Assembly (NCBI RefSeq): GCF_001194135.2
Contig: NC_068981.1
Coordinates: 5,879,535-5,943,534 of the forward strand
Direction of reading: 5' to 3'
DNA length: 64,000 nucleotides
Source: Octopus bimaculoides
Lineage: Eukaryota
The position numbers and the translations under genes were made by a program. Shown one piece after another: positions 47,500 through 60,400 of this stretch. The notes under the pieces are model-generated. The model ran no database searches and was not told the DNA's origin. It worked only from the letters and a program-made list of their open reading frames with translations. How positions within the stretch are numbered: the stretch's first letter is position 1; each line of letters opens with the position of its first letter.

Positions 47500-49190
47500 C
47501 TCTCGAGGGAATTCTAGGGGCATCAGATTGATGAACCAGGTTGTGAGGTCACTGGAAGAGTTTATAACTCAACGGATTAAGAGGAGAATTAAACTGAGAT
47601 GAGAGACAGAAGAAAGGAGGAACCATTAATGCCTTTCTAGTGACACAACAACAGCAGAAGTGAGCCATTGTGCCTAACACTTGTTGATCCAAAGAAAGCT
47701 TTTTTTCGACTCTGGTCACAAAGGAACTGAGAGCAGATGATCCTTTTGAGGGTCACACAAACCACGTAGAGGAGGTACAATCAGCAATAAATACCTTGAG
47801 AAATTTAACATACAGTTGGGGGGGCTGCCAGCCCAGCCCCTTTGTCCTAATTTCCAGATTATAACAGAGAAATTATTTAAGATTGGATGTCCATGGGAAC
47901 TCCTTTTTACTGATGACTGTATTCTTAAAGCTGAATCTGTCAAAAATTTGGAGAAGAAATTCCAGACGTAGATTTTGCTAAGTTTACTTTGAGGCTTCTC
48001 AAAGGTTTTGCTTCTGTGGTGTTAGGAAAGAAAGCAGAATCCTGCTGCTATCAGGAACAGAAAGGGTCGTGTTTGGCATACATAAAAGAAATTCTAAGCA
48101 GTGTAAACTATGAACCCACATATGTGGAGAATGAGAAGATAAACAGATTCATTAAGCCATAGGAGTGTCAATGAAATAGATTGGGTTCACTGCCCAGACA
48201 ACTCGCAAGAAGCTACTGATGACTTTTGTTAACTTAATTGACATAATTAGTGCAGGAGTGGCTGTGTGGTAAGTGGCTTGCTTACCAACCACATGGTTCT
48301 GGGTTCAGTCCCACTGCATGGCACCTTGGGCAAGTGTCTTTTACTATAGCCTCAGGTTGACCAAAGCCTTGTGGGTGGATTTGGTAGATGGAAACTGAAA
48401 GAAGCCCATTGTATGTGTGTGTGTATATATATATATATCATCATTGTCGTTTAACATCCACTTTCCATGCTGGTATAGGTTGGATGGTTTCACTGAGGAC
48501 TGGTGAGCCAGAAGGCTGCACCAGGCTCCAGTCTGATCTGGCAAAGTTTCTACAGCTGGATGCCCTTCCTAACACCAACCACTCCAAAAGTGTAGTACAC
48601 ACACATATGTAAATGTATGTATGTTTGTGTGACTGTATTTGTTCCCCCAATATCGCTTGACCACCGATGCTGGTGTGTTTACGTTCCTGTAACTTGGCAG
48701 TTCAGCAAAAGAACTGATAGAATAAGTACTGGGCTTACAAAGAATAAGTCCTGGAGTCGATTTGTTTGACTAGAGGTGGTGCCCCAGCATGGCCACACTC
48801 AAATGACTGAAACAAGTAAAAATCTAATTAGCAGAGCGAAAATATGTAAGTATAGAATGTGTTGGCAAACATTTTGGGATCTATTTACCTCCAGTGGGAT
48901 ACTCATGTACAAAGTGTGATATTGTTACATGGTAGTGGGAAACTGGTTTTAATTGTAGAGGGTTTGTGAAGTTATGACCTGTTGGATATGTGATGTTAGA
49001 AGCACAAATGGGCCAAAAACTGGGAATAAGAGGAATCTGATGTGTGTTAGAGAGAAGACTGCAATTAGTTTGGGTTGGAAGGAGGGTTGTTGTGTACAAA
49101 ATAGAAAAGATTCTTTAAAGTGGGAGACATGGGATGAAGTGGTAAAGACTGACCTCAGGCAGTTGGATTTCATGAGATTACAAAGCAGCA
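47500..49190 (+). mobile_element. Degenerate RTE-like LINE reverse transcriptase relic, interrupted by SINEs at ~48251-48820
   Basis: RGIRLMNQV (for YRGIKL), VDPKKAF (for VDLEKAF), GCPWELL.TDD (for LLYADD) and WDEVVKTDLRQL fragments with many stops and frameshifts. Confidence 0.55.
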
Positions 49191-49870
49191 GCAGATTGCC
49201 CTGTCTTTGGCAGACTGGAAGGAAGAGTAATAAAGGAGGGTGGGAAGAGTGATGAAAGGGAAAAGGAGAGAGCATATGTGGTCTGATGAGGGAAGATAGA
49301 ATGAGAGGAGAGAGAGAGAGTAATAAATGCAAGCAGTGAGATGTGGCAGTGATGGATGTCTGAGTGATAAGAGGAGGGAATAACGGGAGACAGAGTGAGG
49401 ATTAGCAATAAATAGACTAAGAGAAAAAGAATGAAATAATCTGAATTCTGGCCAACTTCAACCTTTTCCACCACAAACCTCCTCCTAAACCATAACAACC
49501 TACTTAGCTTCATCTCCAAAAATATCTATTCAGATGATATAATTGTTCATTCTCCTCTTCTCAACCTTCCACTCTCAAGTATTAGCCATGAGGATCCGAC
49601 ACACCTCAACATATTTCAGTGTAAGTAAAGAATAATAACTTAGTTATGTCGCTTTGCATCTTTTATTACTTATCTCTCCCTTAATTTTTATTTACTTTTT
49701 TTACATCCCTAAACTGAACAATTACCCCACTAAGCCATGCGCCTTGACTGTAGGATGGTGCTGCTGCAAACACACAAACGTCTCTGACCTAAAGAGCAAA
49801 AAAGAAGTACTGAGTGATATAAAATCACTCACAGACACACATCAAACTTTGGCCTACAAACATACTGTGT

Positions 49871-50400
49871 CTATATTTAAGAGATGAGGAACTAGGTACA
49901 TTATTTACATTTGACGGATATTTGTCCTCATCTTGTTTGTTGCTAACACAATGTTTCGACTGATATACCCGCCAACCTTCATCAGGTATCTTGGGGAAAT
50001 TTTGAACCTGGATTCGTTCTTGAGGTATTTTTCAATGTTATTATTATTATTAAGGTCACTGCCTGGAATCAAACTCGGAATCTTGTTCCATCATTCTTTA
50101 CTTGGGAATTGATCGGAATGGCACATTGAATACCAAAGGCATCACAATTCATTCTTTCTGAACTTGAAATCCTCAACCGTTAATGTGGGCTACTAACCCC
50201 AAGATTCCAAGTTCGATTCCAGGTAGCGACCTGAATAATAATACATAATAGTAATAACATCGAAAAATATCTTAGGAATGAGAATCCAGGTTCGAAATTT
50301 CCCCAAGACACCTGATGAAGGCTGGAGGGTATATCAGCCGAAACGTTGTGCTAACAACAAACAAGATGAGGACAAATATCTGTCAAATGTAAATAATGTA
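49871..50400. mobile_element. Family H SINE inverted pair (minus 49871-50085, plus ~50185-50400)
   Basis: Reverse-complement copies about 100 nt apart; both are 5'-clipped in the tRNA-like head. Confidence 0.85.
50307..50352 (+). ncRNA. Putative hammerhead motif, family H copy 6
   Basis: GACAC-CUGAUGA-A-GGCUG(10-nt loop)CAGCC-GAAAC-GU-U-GUGCU; core and stem II perfect, stem I has one mismatch. Confidence 0.55.
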
Positions 50401-51250
50401 TACTGTGTCCTATCTATATTTTTTCTATCACAACTACAATGGTCTCTGCTCCTATCATGACTGGTTTCATACCATTTTCCCTTGGTTATTCCTAGCTCAC
50501 TCATCTCTCCTCCTTCCCCATTACCTCTATTATCTCTCCTCCAACCCTTATACCCAGTCCTTCCCTCTCACTGCTTCTAAAATCCCTCCTTGCCAATAAT
50601 TTTTTTTTTTTTGCTGCTCTCAAACTATTCATCAAAAATATTAAATTCATGAAACTCCCAAAATTTAGAGGGTCTGCAATGAGTCATGAGTACAACCTCC
50701 TTTTTCCAGCTCAGACCAATTAAAAAAAGGGGGAGGGATTCAAGCAATCATGTGGAGCAGAAGGGCTTCCTTTTAGTAGTAGGGGTAGATTAAAAGTACA
50801 TAAGAATCAACATCAGTCATCTGTTTTGGCACGGTTTCTACGACTGGATGCTTTTCCTAATGCCAATATTTTACAGAGTGGACTGGATGCTTTTTACATG
50901 GAACCAGCAAGTCATAATGCAGAAACTCTTAATTGATTCACAAGATTTATCCAAAAGTTCAACATAGAAATGGTTCTTGCTTAAATATAAAATTTAAACT
51001 ATTCACATTAGTAGTGTAGAAAGAAGGGCAAGAAACAAGGACACTCTCACCTCAAAGACAAACTCAGAACAACGTATTCAGCTTTGCTTCACAAGGATCA
51101 GCAAAACTTGTTGACCATACATGCACATGTACACTACCCCAACCTCTAGCCAGAAACTACTCTCCCTCGGATATCCTTTCCACATGCCTGTTCCCTTTGA
51201 TACCCTGATGAAGAAAGAGGTCATTCAAATGCCCTGCTCCTTGACCTGAT

Positions 51251-51404
51251 GTCACTTCCCCTTGCTTCTGGTCCCAAAGTCACCCGTCCTCCCTTACTTA
51301 CAGTCCCAAAGTCACCCCTCCTCTCTTGCTTCCCGTCCCAAAGTCACCCCTCTTCCCTTACTTCCAGTCCCAAAGTCCCCTCCTCCCTTGCTTCTGGTCC
51401 CAAA
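51251..51404. repeat. 32-bp minisatellite, ~5 units
   Basis: GTCCCAAAGT recurs at 51271, 51303, 51335, 51367 and (variant) 51397. Confidence 0.85.
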
Positions 51405-52874
51405 AATCTCCTTTCATTCCTCCACAGGTAGACAATACTGATACAATTTTCAACAATTCCCTGAAAGTGGCTAAATTTTCCAATATCTTTGTAAGATTTA
51501 TGATATTCCAAAATTGTTAAATTCTTCAATTTGGATATCCAATTGTTATTGCATTGTAAATGAACCTCAGTTGTGAAGAATTAGGAACTTCAATTAGCAT
51601 TCACCAAAAAGAGTTTGAGTTTTGCATATTCAGAGTTTGAATTCCTGATTTTGTAAATACCAAAACTGTTTTTGAAACTGGTTTAAAAGCTTGACACACT
51701 CTCGCAGACTCCACTATTGATTCTGGTTCTTTCTGCTTTGGAATTGGTACCACACATTACTCCATGCAATGTTTCTGCTTCTTTTCATTTGAGTTGCAAA
51801 CAACTACAGCAGTGATTAAAAGAGAAATAATCAGCTAATTTGGTTCTAATTTCAGAGGTGTTACCAAATATAGAAATAGGCTGGATGGTCATGGACAGAA
51901 CTCTTGATCATAAATGTCATCAATGAAGACTGGCTTGACACTAAACAAAAACATCAACTAGAAAGATTACAGAAAGATTATTTCTTTAGAATAGTGAAAA
52001 ATAAAAAGACAGGCCGACATCTAGGTTTCTAGTTTAGTGTTACATAATCTGGTGTTCAAACCCTGTTGTTGTTGGTTGTGTTGAGCCAACCTCCCTGGGA
52101 CAAAGTGTCATCACCAACATCATTTAACATCCATGTTCCCTAATGACATGGATGAGAGAGTTTGACAGGATTCGGCAGGTCCAAGAACTGCATCGTACTC
52201 CACTCCAGTGCCTGCCCTTCCCAACACCAATTGCTTGACAAATTGTACTGGGTGTGGCACCAGCACTAGTGAGGTAGTCATGCAGCTAGCAGGGCTATGA
52301 ACCCTGAAGAAGGTGGCTTTATGCTACAAAATGGGAGGAAAAGGGGTGAGAAGGGGCCAGAACAGAATTGGTTTGCTATTGCAGAAGAGTTACTTACATT
52401 ACAGAAAAACTGGAACCCTGTTGGTTATGACAATGAGGGTTCCAGTTGATCTGACCAACAAAACAGCCTGCTAGTGAAATCAACATGCAAGTGGCTGAGT
52501 ACTCCACAGACACAGCTACCCATAACATAGTTCTCAAAGAGATTCAGCATGACAGAGTGTGACATGGCTGGCCCTCTTGAATTACAGGTACAACTCATTT
52601 TTGCCAGCTGAGTGGACTGCAGAAGCATAAAATAAAGTGTCTTGCTCAAGAACATGTTGCTGGGAATTGAACTCACAACTTCATGATTGTAGGCCAAATA
52701 CCTTAACCACCAAGTGATGTGCTTTCAAAAGAGGGTGGAAACAATGAGGGTGGAGTTGATAAAAGGCAGCCAACAACAGGAACCTCATCATTTATAAAAG
52801 CAACCCTGTGAGAAAGGTCTATGTATAAACCCTGGTTTTTATGAATAAAAAAGCAATGTTAAATATTTTTATAT

Positions 52875-52885
52875 TTTATTTTATT
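52875..52885 (-). terminator. Candidate poly(A) signals (two overlapping AATAAA) for the TEP/MCR-like gene
   Basis: TTTATTTTATT on the + strand at the end of a ~3.9-kb very AT-rich block below the stop codon; an alternative site is at 55730-55735. Confidence 0.4.
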
Positions 52886-55385
52886 ACAAAAATTGTATTA
52901 ATTTCAACAAAATGTACAAAATAATGGCCAAATTCTATAAAAATAGAAAAAAATATATTTTCATACTTTCAGTACATATATATATATGTGTGTTTGTATA
53001 TATATATCCATGATCAGATTAATTAACAAAAGGTACCTTGGCATGTGTTTGCAAGTGTCTGTATAGGGGTATGTATGTGTGTGTGCATGAATATAATTAA
53101 ATTTCTAAACAAATTAAAGTGGGTAAAATATACAAAAAAAGTAAAAAAGAAATTTCAACTACATATATACATCTATATATATACATTCACACACACAAAT
53201 ATACATGCATACACATTTTTATACACACACATATATATGTATGTATATATATATATATATATATACACACACATATATACGTGTGTTAAAGTATACCACA
53301 TGAATGTCATTTTCACCACCAAGAATTTCAAAAGCTATGGTTTTATTATTATTATCATTATTATTATACATATTAAAGAAAGTAGTTACTGGATTAATCC
53401 ATGACTAACTTTTAAATTCATTTGGCTTCATGTTTCAGGCAGTACTTATCTCATAGATGTTGGTTGTATTTGTCTTAGAATCATCAATGATTTGGTGACC
53501 GAACAAACAACTTCTGAATATTTTTTCATCCAACACCAAATTAGGATATAAGGCAACTGATGCTCCAAAAACATTCGATTTGGCATTTTGGAGACAACTG
53601 TTCTAACCCTTTGCCTGCGATATTTCTATTAAAATACAATTTTTCTTGTTTCAATTAACTTTGAAAATAATAAAGAATTTAGTGAACTAACTTTGTCATT
53701 ATGAAGATGGTGTTTAGAATATGAAATTTTGAAGATAGGTTTTAATTATTTGGTTAATTATAAAAGATTGTCTCACAGATTATGCCAATGGCATATTCAG
53801 CAATTTTAGGGTGATCCAGCCATCAGGGAAAACAAAGTCTATCATAAATAAAGACTAATTAAGAAGAGAACTGTTGATGATGCCACATAAACAGCACTGA
53901 TGTTGGTGCCACATAAACAGCACCCTGTCCACTCTGTAATGTGTTTGGTGTTAAGAAGGGCATCCAGTTGTAGAAACCATGACAAAACAGCCAATGAAAC
54001 CTGGTGTAGCTCCTGGCCTTGACAGTCAAACTGTTCAACCCATGATGGCATGGAAAATGGGCATTAAATGATGATGGAATAAACACAAGAGAGGAGGGCA
54101 AGTAGTTTCATAATAATGTAAGAGATGGTCAGAGAGAGAAGTGAATGTAGCGATGGTGAACAAGAATCGTCCAAAATAAGTTTGTGGTGACAGTATTATG
54201 GTTTACAAGGGTAATAATCCGTGATACCTTTTTGGGAGCCAGAAAATTAACTTTTTGCATGAAAAACAGAAATGAAAACAGCCAATTCTAGTTAACAGAG
54301 ATGGACCAATTCTGGTGCTTAGCAAGGTTTGTTCACAAACTGATAAAAAAAAAAAAATTATCAGAGTTTGGTTACACAAATTTTCTGCACAAATCAACAA
54401 ACTGCCATCTTTGAACTGAAGACATGTAATAAAAGATTTGTGAATCCCAAAGTATTTGAACAGTTCAGAGACCCTAAAGACAAAGAGTTTACATCTTTTT
54501 AAGTACAAATATCTAATTTAACATTACAATGGTAAAAAAAAGAAAAGAAAAATCGAACATAATGGAGTCTATTTAAAAAAAATAAATTTGTTTAATCCAA
54601 TTTATATTTTTCTTTAAAAATAAATTTCATGTGGTACATGGAAATACTATTTCATGTGGTACATCCCAATGTGTGTTCATGTGTTATAATTCGCTAGTGA
54701 TTATCATTTCAATAAATTGCAAATCAATTTTCAATAAGTTTGCTCTGTGATTAAGGCAATCAATACGTTCAATATATTTTTAATACATTTAAAATTTCGC
54801 TACAATTGAAAAAATAATTCTTTTGAAAATATTTTTCTGTACAAGTTCAAAAAAGAAGAATAAAGAAAGAAAACATGCTTTACCATTAAAAATAAAATTA
54901 AACCATCAAAAATGAATATACACTGACAAATATTTGCAGTTTGGTGATTTGTTACAACATTGTAAAGAATGTAATAAAAAGAAGGCAGAGTTCATATTGG
55001 TAACTCTTAGAAAAGAAAAAAAAACATGGAATTGAGTTTGAAAATAGTTCATGTATGAATGGTTCAAATCCAGAAGTCTCAAAACTAAAAATTGGAGATT
55101 TCATCAAATAAAGCCATGAGGAATACAAACACAGACAATTTAGCAGGAAAAAACAAAGAATAATTTTCCATGTTGGTTCTATTTGTTACCATGATGGTAA
55201 TGATATTTACTGCGTTTGTTTCAAATAATTTTGATAAATCAGGAAGAGTTTAATAAAATTACTTTCTCATTGTTAATCTATGTTTGGAATATGAATTAAT
55301 ATGCAATTTTTATGGGAAGTTTTAATTTAAATCACAAGAGCTCTCAGGCAGATCAGTACCTAAAGAAAGTTAAAATGTGCAAATC

Positions 55386-55419
<34 letters not shown>

Positions 55420-56014
55420 GCAAGTTAGCATCTGATTCTAAAATATACATAGAATAGTTTTGCAATACATTAGATTAATTACAATAATACTAATCATTTA
55501 GATGATTCTGTCTATGTCTTTGTGCCTCCTCACCAACCTCCTAGCTTCACAATACCATATAAAAAAACCCAAAAAAACCAATGAATGGAATTTTCTTCTT
55601 AAACTGAAATAAGATTTTTTTTCTATCAAAACAAAATAATTATCAAATCTATGAAATGTAAAAACAATGTAAAATGCAGGAAGAAATTTCTTTCTTTTTA
55701 AATTTTTTACAGACCTAAGACTGACTAAATTTATTAATCTGATGAGACTGAAATATTGCTCCAAAGTTATATATGCATATGGAATTATACTCACAGGAAG
55801 AGAAGTAGAGTGCTGATACGAAAAGGACACCTTCTATTGCTTGTTTCAGTCATAATTCTTTCAAGCGCAAATCTTAATACTATGATTGGCTAAAACCTTT
55901 CCAAGATATAAAAATTTTCATTAACATTGTTCTTTAAAATAAAGGATTAATTAAAAAAAGCAATACATATATATATATAGGCATGTGTGTGTATATTATG
56001 ATATATATATGTCT

Positions 56015-56062
<48 letters not shown>

Positions 56063-56104
56063 CAAAAATGGTTAAAAAGATGAAAATAAAATCATCTCCA
56101 GAAA

Positions 56105-56145
<41 letters not shown>

Positions 56146-56417
56146 AATGCATGTGTGTGTGTTATTTAATGACAGTTTGACTCGGTTCCATATTAGTTTC
56201 ATGGGTGCAGAACATTAGACAGACATATCCTATGCCTACCAATGTGGAACCGAGTCAGACTTATTAAATACATAGAACTCTAAAACCAAATGCATTGAAT
56301 GACAAACACACACGCACACTTATATGGATATCCACAATAGAATTGTTATTCTCTGATTACAAATAATTCTTTTGAGGTAGGCATACCAAGTACACTGTAC
56401 ACACACACACTATACAC

Positions 56418-56455
<38 letters not shown>

Positions 56456-56773
56456 GTATGATTTGCATATATATAAGCTAACACACACACACACTTATGA
56501 TTTTTACATATTTTATGTATACACATAGTTTTATCCACACAAATCACATACCCACACACATGAAACTTGTGCACACACACACACACACATATGAAAGTGC
56601 CTCACATATTTAAAATTACGGGTTTTTTCTTTTTTTTTTTTTGGTTTTTACAAAAGATTACTAAAATCAATGGGAAAATAATATATTCTCTCCTTTGTTT
56701 ACCATTCCTATTTACTTGTGTGTGTGTGTGTGTGGGTGCGTGCGTGTGTTAAAGTTGAAGGACATTAACTGTT

Positions 56774-56961
56774 TCAAGATGTCCGCAGCATGTAACGTTG
56801 TAGGAAAACAGAGAGGAGGAGGCAGAAGATGGTGACCGTACACTTGATGATGTTTGCCGTGTTGAACTGAGGGCAGTAAGGACACTGAAAGGAACCACAC
56901 ACGTAACAAATATTCAGTTGGAACAGATTATTGGTGATGTATAAAGTTGTCCGGTAAAGCC
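56774..56961 (-). CDS. TEP/MCR-like terminal exon (188 nt) LYRTTLYITNNLFQLNICYVCGSFQCPYCPQFN...LLSVFLQRYMLRTS*
   Basis: ttcag acceptor; TGA stop at 56776-56774; CxxCGSxQCPYC motif followed by a hydrophobic segment. Confidence 0.9.
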
Positions 56962-57409
56962 CTGAAAATAGAAAAACAAATTAGGAAATAGATTCTATAA
57001 ATCTCTATTTACGTAAATCCATTTAAAAAGTCATATATAAGAAGGAAAAAGAAGGAGAAGTGGTAGTAGTAGTGTGTGTATGTATTGTCATCGTCATTTA
57101 ACGTCTGCTTTCCATGCTGGCATGGGTTGGACGGTTCAACTGGTGACTGGCAAGCCAGGAGGCTACACCAGGCTCCAATCTGATCTGGTGGAGCTTCTAC
57201 AGCTGGATGCCCTTCCTAAAGCCAACCACTTCGAGAGTGTAGTGGGTGCTTTTTACGTGCTACCAGCATGGGAGCCAGTCAGGTGACACTGGCAACGACC
57301 ACGCTTGAATGGTGTTTTTTATGTGTCACCAGCATGGGGGCCAGTGAGGTGGTACTGTCATCACCCATAGGTCTTTGCAAGCACAGTTTATTACCCAATG
57401 ATTGAAGTA

Positions 57410-57443
<34 letters not shown>

Positions 57444-60400
57444 AAATCAAAATAAGCAACAGGATATCAAGAAGTGATGCTGTGCAGATAATACCGGACT
57501 GACTTGGTGCTTCAACTTAAGTACCTAATTCAACTGAATCTCAAGTAGTGTGGTATGGTAATGTATTGCTGTGAAATCTACAACAGTAAAGTGTCTGACA
57601 ACGAAACAGCTGTAAAGACAATTGCTGTAACAATACATTCGTAACCAAAGAGATATGGAAAAAAATAATCATCATCATCATTGTTTAATGTCCACTGTCC
57701 ATGCTGGCATGGGTTGGATGGTTTGACTGAGAACTGTTAAACCAGGGAGCTGCACCAGGTTCCAATCTGATTTGGCAAGGTTTCTATGGCTGGATACCCT
57801 TCCTAATGCCAACCACTCCGAGAGTGTAGTGGGTGTTCTTTTATGTGCCACTGGCACAGGTGCCATAGTAATGACACCGCCATCAGAGTGAAAAACAAGA
57901 GAGATGATGACGATGCTATTGGTTTTAAATTTTGGCACAGGGCCAGCAATTTTGAGAGAAGGGATAATTTGATTACATTGACCCCAGTGTTCAACTGGTA
58001 CTTAATTTGTCAATCCCAAAAGAATGAAAAACAAAGTCAACCCTGGTGGCATTTGAACTCAGAAAAGAAAGTTGGAAGAAATGTTGGTAAGTATTTTTTC
58101 CAGCATGGTAACAATTCTGCCAGCTCATACTTTGATGATAATGATGACGAAGACGATAATGATGACGGACAACGAAGACGATAATGACGATGGATGACGA
58201 AGACGATAATGACGATGGATGATGAAGACGATAATGACGATGGAGACAATGATGACGATAATAATGATGATGATGATGATGATAATGATGACGATGATAA
58301 TGATGACAATCATGATGATGATGACAATCATGATGATGATGATGATAAAGATAATAATGATAATGATATTATAATGACGACGATGATAATGACGACGATG
58401 ATAATGATGGTTTTACCTGGTTCATAGTAGTCATAAACACGAATCCTGTGCTGTATGGTAGCATTAGCGACAGGGTACCAACGATTGGCTCGGAAGTCTA
58501 CACAAGAGGAGCTCTGATCAAGCTGCAAACAGGAAAGAAAAGATTTGTTAAATGAATTGTCTCAGCCTTCTTTGTTGTCTCATTTACATCATGTTTTAAT
58601 CTCGCTGCTTTCCAATAGCCGAGGAGTGTAAAATACAGGGTGAGGGTTCAAATCCATTTAAAGTTTAGTATTATTGGAGTTATGGAGAAAAGACCCCCCC
58701 CCCCAAAAAAAAAACCACACTCTTCATTATAAAGCAGAGTGTCTGGGTTCAAACCCAAACTTCGTATCTTATTTGTTTCAGTCATTAGACTGTGGCCATG
58801 CTGGGGCACCATTTTCAAAGAATTTTTAAGCCAAACAAATTGACACCAATGTTTATTTTTTCTAAGCCTGTTACTTATTCTATTAGTTGCTTTTGCCAAA
58901 CTGCTAAGTTATGGGGACACACCAGCACTGGTTGTCAAGCACTGGTAGGGGATAAACACAAATACTAAGATACACACATAACAGGCTTCTTTCAGTTTCT
59001 GTCTACCAAGTCCACTCACAAGGCTTTGGTTAGCTTCAGTCTATACTAGAACACACTTGCCCAAGGTGTCATGGGGTGAGACTGAACCTGGAACTAAATG
59101 GTTGGGAAACAAACTTCTTACCACACAGTCATGCCTGAGCCTATATAACTATCTTTTTTTTTCCTTCTTTTAATCTGGAGTTCCCTCAGCCATGAATATA
59201 TTCATTAAGGACAAAATCTCATGGCTTCATGGGACCAAACCATTTTATTGTCCCTGTTTTAGATAATAGAATAGTTTTTGTGGTTCAGCAGTTTCCCCAA
59301 CTATTTCCTTACCATTATTGCTAGTTCCATACTGTGCATGAAACCTGAAGCATCTTTCTGATAACAGAGAGAACAGAAATAAAGCATTTAAAAAACTCCT
59401 ATCTTACCGATTCGAAGTAGTATACAATTTTACGATTGTAACTTTCTGCTCGTATAAGGTTTGGTACAATACCACTTTGTACGTATTGTCTAAGGGTTGA
59501 GTTTAATATCACATATCCAGTAGGAATGTCAACTTCCAAAACGGACATCCCTGAAACCAGTGACCAGGTTGTAAATTTCCAACTGCAAAAGAATTTTTCT
59601 TTTAATTAAACCATGAATGATTGTGTGTTTGTGCATATTTTTTGTTGAATTCTTTGAAAATTTTCAGTAAAGAAGAGTCTACTTCATTTTTTGTATTTGG
59701 TTTGTAAGATTTTTGATGTGAATTTGTGTGTTTAAACAACTTTTGTTGTATCTAGGGAGGGTCATAACACCAATAAACACAATCACTGATTCAAAATCAC
59801 TTCCTTATTGTTAGTCGGTTGGATGGTTGACTAATAATAAAGTGATACTGAGCCAGTGCATGTGTTATCATCATTGGTGTAATGACCCTCCCAAGACACA
59901 AGAAGCTACTTTCTAACTCAGAAACCAAATGTCATAACTGGAAGTCAGATAACAACAGCTAAGTAATATATGCTGCATTTTAGAAAAGTCTTGCATATTT
60001 TCATTGTTCCACTTAGGAATGGATTCATAAAATGTATGTCTTCATATATCTAGAGCAAGACACTAATACCTGTCCCCATTATACCTTAAATCTCTCATCT
60101 GGCACAAAGTCACAGCTCCTCAATATTACTCCCCTCATTCCCAGTTGGGGTATTTTTGTCTTGCAAGGCACTTGGTGATATTGTTGGTGCCACAAATAAA
60201 GCACTGAAGTGGTTGGCAATAGGAGGAGCATCCAGCCATAGAAACCAAGTCAAAACAGATAACTGGAGCCTGGTGCAGCCCTCCAGCTCCTGTCAAACCA
60301 TTAAATCTATGCCAACATGGAAAACAAATGTTAAATGATGATGATGATGGGCATTTCTTTGCCTGGAAGATAGCAACATTCCCAGACATTAGTTGTATAA

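Noticed and set aside
51204-51240. CTGATGAAG outside family H
   Set aside because: No stem II or downstream GAAA-stem arrangement; a chance match.
58037-58427. Asp-rich, Ser-rich and Ile-rich ORFs
   Set aside because: Products of the (GAT/GAC)n array; no independent coding signal.
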